A DNA stretch of 64,000 nt from assembly GCA_032128875.1 (NCBI GenBank), contig JAVLKG010000009.1:1-64000 (forward strand), given 5' to 3'. This stretch comes from Candidatus Melainabacteria bacterium 17Bon1m (GTDB lineage Bacteria; Cyanobacteriota; Vampirovibrionia; Obscuribacterales; Obscuribacteraceae). The translations under genes were made by a program, and so were the position numbers. The notes below the pieces were generated by a model. It searched no databases. It was not told the DNA's origin and was given only the letters and a program-made list of their open reading frames with translations. Within the stretch, counting starts at the first letter, position 1. Every line of letters starts with the position of its first letter. Shown piece after piece: positions 59,641 through 64,000 of the stretch.

Positions 59641-60504
59641 TTAGTTGTGATCTCGATAACTGTCTGCATTCGAGCGCGCCCGATCCGCTGAGGCTTGCGC
59701 GCGGTCGGCCGCGTTTCTCGCCGATGCTGCAGCGTCATTTGCATTGAGAGCTCCACCGGAGGCGGCGGCAGTGGCGCTATTTGCTGCCCCTCTTGCCGCT
59801 TGTGCCGCGTAGTAAGCCTCGTCTGCCGCCGACATACGAGAGCTCTTATTGCCATAGCGCGTGCGCTCTTCGGCGCCTAGTGCTCGCATAGCTGCATCTT
59901 CGGCTGTTTGCCTGTATTGTGCAGCATTGTTGTACTTGCGCTGGTTGTTTTGCTGTTTTTGAAATTGAGCTTGTTGTGAATTTCCCGATGTGGAAGAACT
60001 CGATGAGTCTCCTTCCAAAAACATACGAAGCAAGTCTCGCTTTGTCATTGGTGGGCGGGGCGCGGCTTGTTGTCCGCCACCTAACAATCCGGCGAAAGGT
60101 GATTGTCGCACCGCCTGCTGTTGTGGATGCAATGGCGACTGACTGAACATGCTGTTATTGCGTGGAGGGTAGGAGAATCCATTACTACCCTGATAGTTAT
60201 TCTGGTATCCGCCGGGATACCCACCTTGCATACCAGGGTTATAAGCGCCTTGCATGCCGGGATTGAAGCCACCCTGCATTTGTTGTTGCTGCATTTGTCG
60301 TTGCACTTGCTCGCGATTGAGCATGTTTTGCTGCTGTTGAATGCCTTGCTGCATGCCGCGCGAGTCTTCGACTCGGTTTAGAAGCCGTTCCATCTGCTGT
60401 TCGCTGTCCTGGGCAATAGCGTATTGAGGCAGACCGGCAGCAACTGCGATTGCCGCAATGAGGAGGTATTGCAATTTCCTCGGTCGTGAAACGTTTGCTT
60501 TCAT
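59641..60504 (-). CDS. Exported Q/N/G-rich low-complexity protein with Ala-rich helical C-terminus
   Basis: Signal peptide (ending YAIA), poly-Q runs, NPGMQG repeats. Confidence 0.65.
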   Translation of the reverse strand: MKANVSRPRKLQYLLIAAIAVAAGLPQYAIAQDSEQQMERLLNRVEDSRGMQQGIQQQQNMLNREQVQRQMQQQQMQGGFNPGMQGAYNPGMQGGYPGGYQNNYQGSNGFSYPPRNNSMFSQSPLHPQQQAVRQSPFAGLLGGGQQAAPRPPMTKRDLLRMFLEGDSSSSSTSGNSQQAQFQKQQNNQRKYNNAAQYRQTAEDAAMRALGAEERTRYGNKSSRMSAADEAYYAAQAARGAANSATAAASGGALNANDAAASARNAADRAQASADRARSNADSYRDHN

Positions 60505-60523
60505 ATATAGATCTTTCTGCGCG

Positions 60524-61192
60524 TCAGGCGCGCACTTGCAGTTGCCGCAATCGGCGCACTTCGTCGTCGAGAGTAACATCCGGCACTTCGCCGCCTTTGA
60601 GGCTGGTACCTACTTTGCGGCTCCAGATGCCCATGTGTTTCATGAGCCATCCGTCCAGCCGGTCTTTCATGAGGGTTTCTTTCAGGTGACGGATGCCTTC
60701 CATCACGCGCCCATCTTCAAAGCTGCGGATTGTTTCTGCACCATTGCCCAAGCGGCGTCCGTGCATGCAATGCAGGACATCGACGATGCTGCCGCACGGT
60801 ACTGGTCCCAGCACTGCTAAAACCAAGCCTGTGCTGTCTTCGTCGTGCGCGGACTCGTCCTGAATGAAGTCTACTTGTATCCAGGTTCGAGCATTGAAGC
60901 GAACTTTGAGTACAACCGGCTCGCAGATGAGCGAGTTGAAGGAGCCGCCGCCCATGTCGCGCATGCTGGCTGCGCGTGCGTACTTGAACGCATCTTGCGG
61001 TTTGGTCGAGAAGAAGCTGTAGGTATTGCGTCCGGGCTCTATGGCGCCTGATTTGTTAATTTCCCAGCGCCGGTAACAGTTTGTGCCGTGGTAAAGGAAG
61101 ATCTCGTTGTTGTCTTTGACGTAGTCAATGCCGACGGTATCAGCAGCAAACTCCGTTAAAGGAGGCGGGGGCTCGTAGTTGAAACTATTCAG
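60524..61192 (-). CDS. Putative ADP-ribosyltransferase-fold protein (probable CTG start)
   Basis: Frame of the 146-aa ORF stays open upstream and adds LYHGT...SFFST...AFKYA; GAGGAAAGGA precedes CTG at 61192. Confidence 0.6.
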   Translation of the reverse strand: MNSFNYEPPPPLTEFAADTVGIDYVKDNNEIFLYHGTNCYRRWEINKSGAIEPGRNTYSFFSTKPQDAFKYARAASMRDMGGGSFNSLICEPVVLKVRFNARTWIQVDFIQDESAHDEDSTGLVLAVLGPVPCGSIVDVLHCMHGRRLGNGAETIRSFEDGRVMEGIRHLKETLMKDRLDGWLMKHMGIWSRKVGTSLKGGEVPDVTLDDEVRRLRQLQVRA

Positions 61193-61404
61193 TTTCCTTT
61201 CCTCGGTGAGCTCGTAGCTACGGCGATCTGTTCAAATGAGCCTATGATGACCCTTGTGTCACTATTCCCGGAAAAGATCAGTTATTAACCCGCGCGAGCG
61301 GATCTTATAATGTTGCGGAAAGCTGCAAATTTAACCTGATGACTCGGAATTTCTGAAACTGGACTCGTAGCGGATGAGCATTTCTAAGGTCCGCTTCGGC
61401 CATT

Positions 61405-64000
61405 CTATTCCATATATTTTTCGCGCGCTGCTTGTATCGCCGCTAAGGCTTCCTGAATCGCGTCGCGCATTGTAGCCAGCCCGTTGTCTGAAGCCTGGCG
61501 TGCGCCTTGCGAGTATTGGGTGCGCATACTGGTCAAATCTTGCTGTACTTGCTGACTGACCTGCTCGAGGCGGTCGCAGCCGCTGTCGATTGTGGTGATC
61601 AGCCCGGAAGTCGCTTGCTGCTTGATTTGTAGCACTCTGGTGTGCGCTGTGTTGCGTACTTCGGTCAATTGCGGGTCGGCATCTACAGACGACGTCTCAG
61701 CAAGCTTCTTGCAGATCTGCTCTGTCTCTTGAATTTGCTTTTCGGTGCTGGCGAGCGTCGCCGTCACTTCTGACGTGCATTTTTCAATGTGAGTGCTGGC
61801 GTCTTTGAAAATCTCTTCAAGACCGGCTTGCTGATTGCGTCCAACAGAATCGATGTTGGAGAGGCACTCGGTTACCAGATTGTGCAGCTGTCCTTTCGCC
61901 GCATTCAGGCTGGCTTCCAGTCCCTGCATTTGCGCATTCACTTGCAGTGCGGACTCTTCCGAGAAGCGGTGGCACATCTCTGTGGACATCGCTCGCAAGA
62001 TTTCCTTTCGCTCGTTGAGTTTGGGCAAAAGTGTCAAAGTGAGATGCTGTCTGGTTTTGCGCGAAAGGGTCAATTCTGCGGTGCGCACCTGATAGTTGAT
62101 AGTCTGCTCGAAATCTGATTTGGCTGACTTCAACTTGTCGCTAGACTTCTCATTGGTGCCTTCCAGCTCGTCCATCATCGAATTGACGCTGCGGTCGAGC
62201 AAGGCTGTGACAGTATTGGTTTCCTCGCCCATGCGCTCCTGGAAGCGCTGGAATCTGAGTTCGACCATGTTGACGAAGCCGTCGCCGGTATCTTTCAGTT
62301 TGTTGATGACGGCGTCGACCATTTGACCGACTTCTTGTGTGCGCTTATTGACGGTCTCCTGCATCTCTCTTTCGAGTCCGCGGGAAAGCGCTTCGGTGTC
62401 GGCTCTGAATTGCTTCGAGGCTTCACGCAGCTCTTCGTAGCGCAGATTGCGCTCTTCTTCTATCTGGCTCTGGCTGGTCGTGAGCAGTTGTTTGATTGTG
62501 TAGCGACCGTTGGCGGCGGCGTCCGAGATCTTCAAACGCACGTCTTCTGTGATGTTTTCCAATTGCTTGGTAAAACGTGTGCCGGTTTCTGCGAGCGAAG
62601 ATTCTGACTGCTTGTCGGATTCGCTGCTCTCGTTGGCGAGGCGCTCCATCTCGGCTGCTACGGCAGCCTTGATTTCTTCTACGCGGGAATTGAGTTTCTT
62701 CGCGGCTTTTGCCAATTGTTGTTCGAGTTTCTTTTGGAAACTTGCCATTTCCGCTGCGATTGCCGCTTGTTCTTCGGCCGTCGGTTTGCGTGGTGGTTTG
62801 GGAGCAGGCGGGGGTTCTGGTGCGGCTGGCTCTTCTGCAACAGTCTCTTCGACTGCAGGAGCCGATTCTTCAAGTGGGGGCTCGGCTGCAAGCGCCTCGA
62901 GAGCGGTTTGCGGAACCGCTTCTGCGACAACTTCTTCTGCGACTGGTTCGGCCGGTGCTTCTGCGACAGGCTCCGGCGCTACTTCCGGCTCCGGTAGCGG
63001 TGGTGGAGGAGGCGGAGGTGCCAGTGGTGCTAAGAACGGATTGCTGGCACTGATTGCCGGAGGCACAACTTGCGGCACTGGAACCGGTGCGGGCGCTGGA
63101 GCCGGAGCCTCTTCTGCCACAACCTCTGCAGCAGCTTCTGCCGGCACGATGTCTGCGGCGACTTCTGCCGTCGGCGCTTCGGCTTCAGTTGTTGCTACCG
63201 CTTCCGGAACAAATGGTTGCTCCCATGAATCTGCTGCCGGTTCTGCCGCCGGTGCTTCGCCAGGGGCTGCAGCCTCGCTGTATGAAGACGGTTCCTTGAA
63301 CGACTCTTGAAACTCTGCCCATCCTGGAGGAGTTTCTTGATCGGGCACAAAATTACTTTCGTACGATGCTCCTTGCGCATCAGACGACGCAAAATCAGAT
63401 GACGTCGTAGTTGTCGCGTAAGCCGCCGGCTCATCATAAGTAGATTGATTTTCTATCAAACCGCTCAAGGCTTCGGCGAGACCGGTTTCTTGTTGTTGGG
63501 CCGATGCCGGTAATACCTCTGATGGGGTTGGCGTATCCCAACTTTGCCATTCGTCGACTGACTGTTCTTCAGCGAGCGGGAAAAGCGGAGTCTGAGCGCC
63601 TGCGTCTGCAGTGTCTTCCGGTGTTTCCCACCCGAACAATTCTGCCGATTCTTGAGCTTGCCCTTGTGCTGCAGGCTGGGATGCAGGTGCTGCGGCCGCT
63701 TGTGCCGGGGCACCAGCGCTTCCTTGTTTGACTTTGGAAAGCTTGAGATTGAGCCTGTCGAAAAGTGAAAGGTTCGATTCGTCCACTGCGGGCGCCGCTT
63801 CTTCTGCTGGGGCTTCGGCGTAGGCAGCTGGCTCAGCTTGGTCGTAAACCTGCGGCTCTGCGTATTGCTGCGGTTCTGCGTGTTGCTGCTGATCTGCGTA
63901 TTGCTGATCTGCATACTGCTGGTCTGCATACTGCTGATCTGCATATTGCTGCTGCTCTGCATATTGCTGCTGATCTTCGTATTGAGGTTCGGCGTATTGC
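61405..64000 (-). CDS. Large protein, 5'-truncated by the window edge: acidic Pro/Ala/Gln-rich region then long coiled-coil/apolipoprotein-like helical C-terminus
   Basis: Frame stays open from 63786 to the window edge, encoding QYADQ repeats. Confidence 0.75.
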   Translation of the reverse strand, partial: QYAEPQYEDQQQYAEQQQYADQQYADQQYADQQYADQQQHAEPQQYAEPQVYDQAEPAAYAEAPAEEAAPAVDESNLSLFDRLNLKLSKVKQGSAGAPAQAAAAPASQPAAQGQAQESAELFGWETPEDTADAGAQTPLFPLAEEQSVDEWQSWDTPTPSEVLPASAQQQETGLAEALSGLIENQSTYDEPAAYATTTTSSDFASSDAQGASYESNFVPDQETPPGWAEFQESFKEPSSYSEAAAPGEAPAAEPAADSWEQPFVPEAVATTEAEAPTAEVAADIVPAEAAAEVVAEEAPAPAPAPVPVPQVVPPAISASNPFLAPLAPPPPPPPLPEPEVAPEPVAEAPAEPVAEEVVAEAVPQTALEALAAEPPLEESAPAVEETVAEEPAAPEPPPAPKPPRKPTAEEQAAIAAEMASFQKKLEQQLAKAAKKLNSRVEEIKAAVAAEMERLANESSESDKQSESSLAETGTRFTKQLENITEDVRLKISDAAANGRYTIKQLLTTSQSQIEEERNLRYEELREASKQFRADTEALSRGLEREMQETVNKRTQEVGQMVDAVINKLKDTGDGFVNMVELRFQRFQERMGEETNTVTALLDRSVNSMMDELEGTNEKSSDKLKSAKSDFEQTINYQVRTAELTLSRKTRQHLTLTLLPKLNERKEILRAMSTEMCHRFSEESALQVNAQMQGLEASLNAAKGQLHNLVTECLSNIDSVGRNQQAGLEEIFKDASTHIEKCTSEVTATLASTEKQIQETEQICKKLAETSSVDADPQLTEVRNTAHTRVLQIKQQATSGLITTIDSGCDRLEQVSQQVQQDLTSMRTQYSQGARQASDNGLATMRDAIQEALAAIQAAREKYME
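63850..63999 (-). repeat. Coding tandem repeat of 15-18 nt units (Q-Q-Y-A-D/E)
   Basis: CAGCARTAYGCAGAN-like units repeated about 8-9 times. Confidence 0.75.

Noticed and set aside
62510-63310. Gly/Ser/Ala-rich 266-aa plus-strand ORF
   Set aside because: Mirror of the Pro/Ala/Glu-rich region of the large minus-strand gene.
63465-63962. 165-aa ORF with SSMQI repeats
   Set aside because: Alternative frame of the QYADQ coding repeat; the frame continuous with the large gene is the more plausible one.

Overview
A roughly 50% GC bacterial chromosomal segment with about 50 protein-coding genes. No rRNA, tRNA, CRISPR array, transposase or integrase was recognised. The gene mix (many TPR proteins, membrane Ser/Thr kinases, a secreted caspase-like protein, a matrixin, a cyanobacteria/plastid-type membrane protein, no photosynthesis genes in the window) suggests a non-photosynthetic relative of Cyanobacteria such as Obscuribacterales/Vampirovibrionia; this is inference only. 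Housekeeping and metabolic genes include sdaA, asnS, gdhA, mmsA, rlpA, MFS, OPT and RND transporters, a desaturase, patatin, three Hsp20s and a FitAB-type toxin-antitoxin pair. Most notable: (1) a full-length plant-type methionine S-methyltransferase fused to a PLP aminotransferase domain that keeps its catalytic Lys, directly upstream of a vWA + PP2C pair with no adjacent kinase; (2) an ADP-ribosyltransferase-fold gene that the ORF track truncates because it appears to start at CTG, just upstream of a secreted Q/N/G/Y-rich prion-like protein; (3) an RsrR-type [2Fe-2S] Rrf2 regulator with two clear palindromic operators; (4) a desaturase with an 11-mer amphipathic Ala-rich tail; (5) an sHsp trio with one CxxCH-bearing and one membrane-anchored member; (6) several dispersed REP/REPIN-like palindrome families. 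All family assignments come from motifs recognised by eye; no database search was run.
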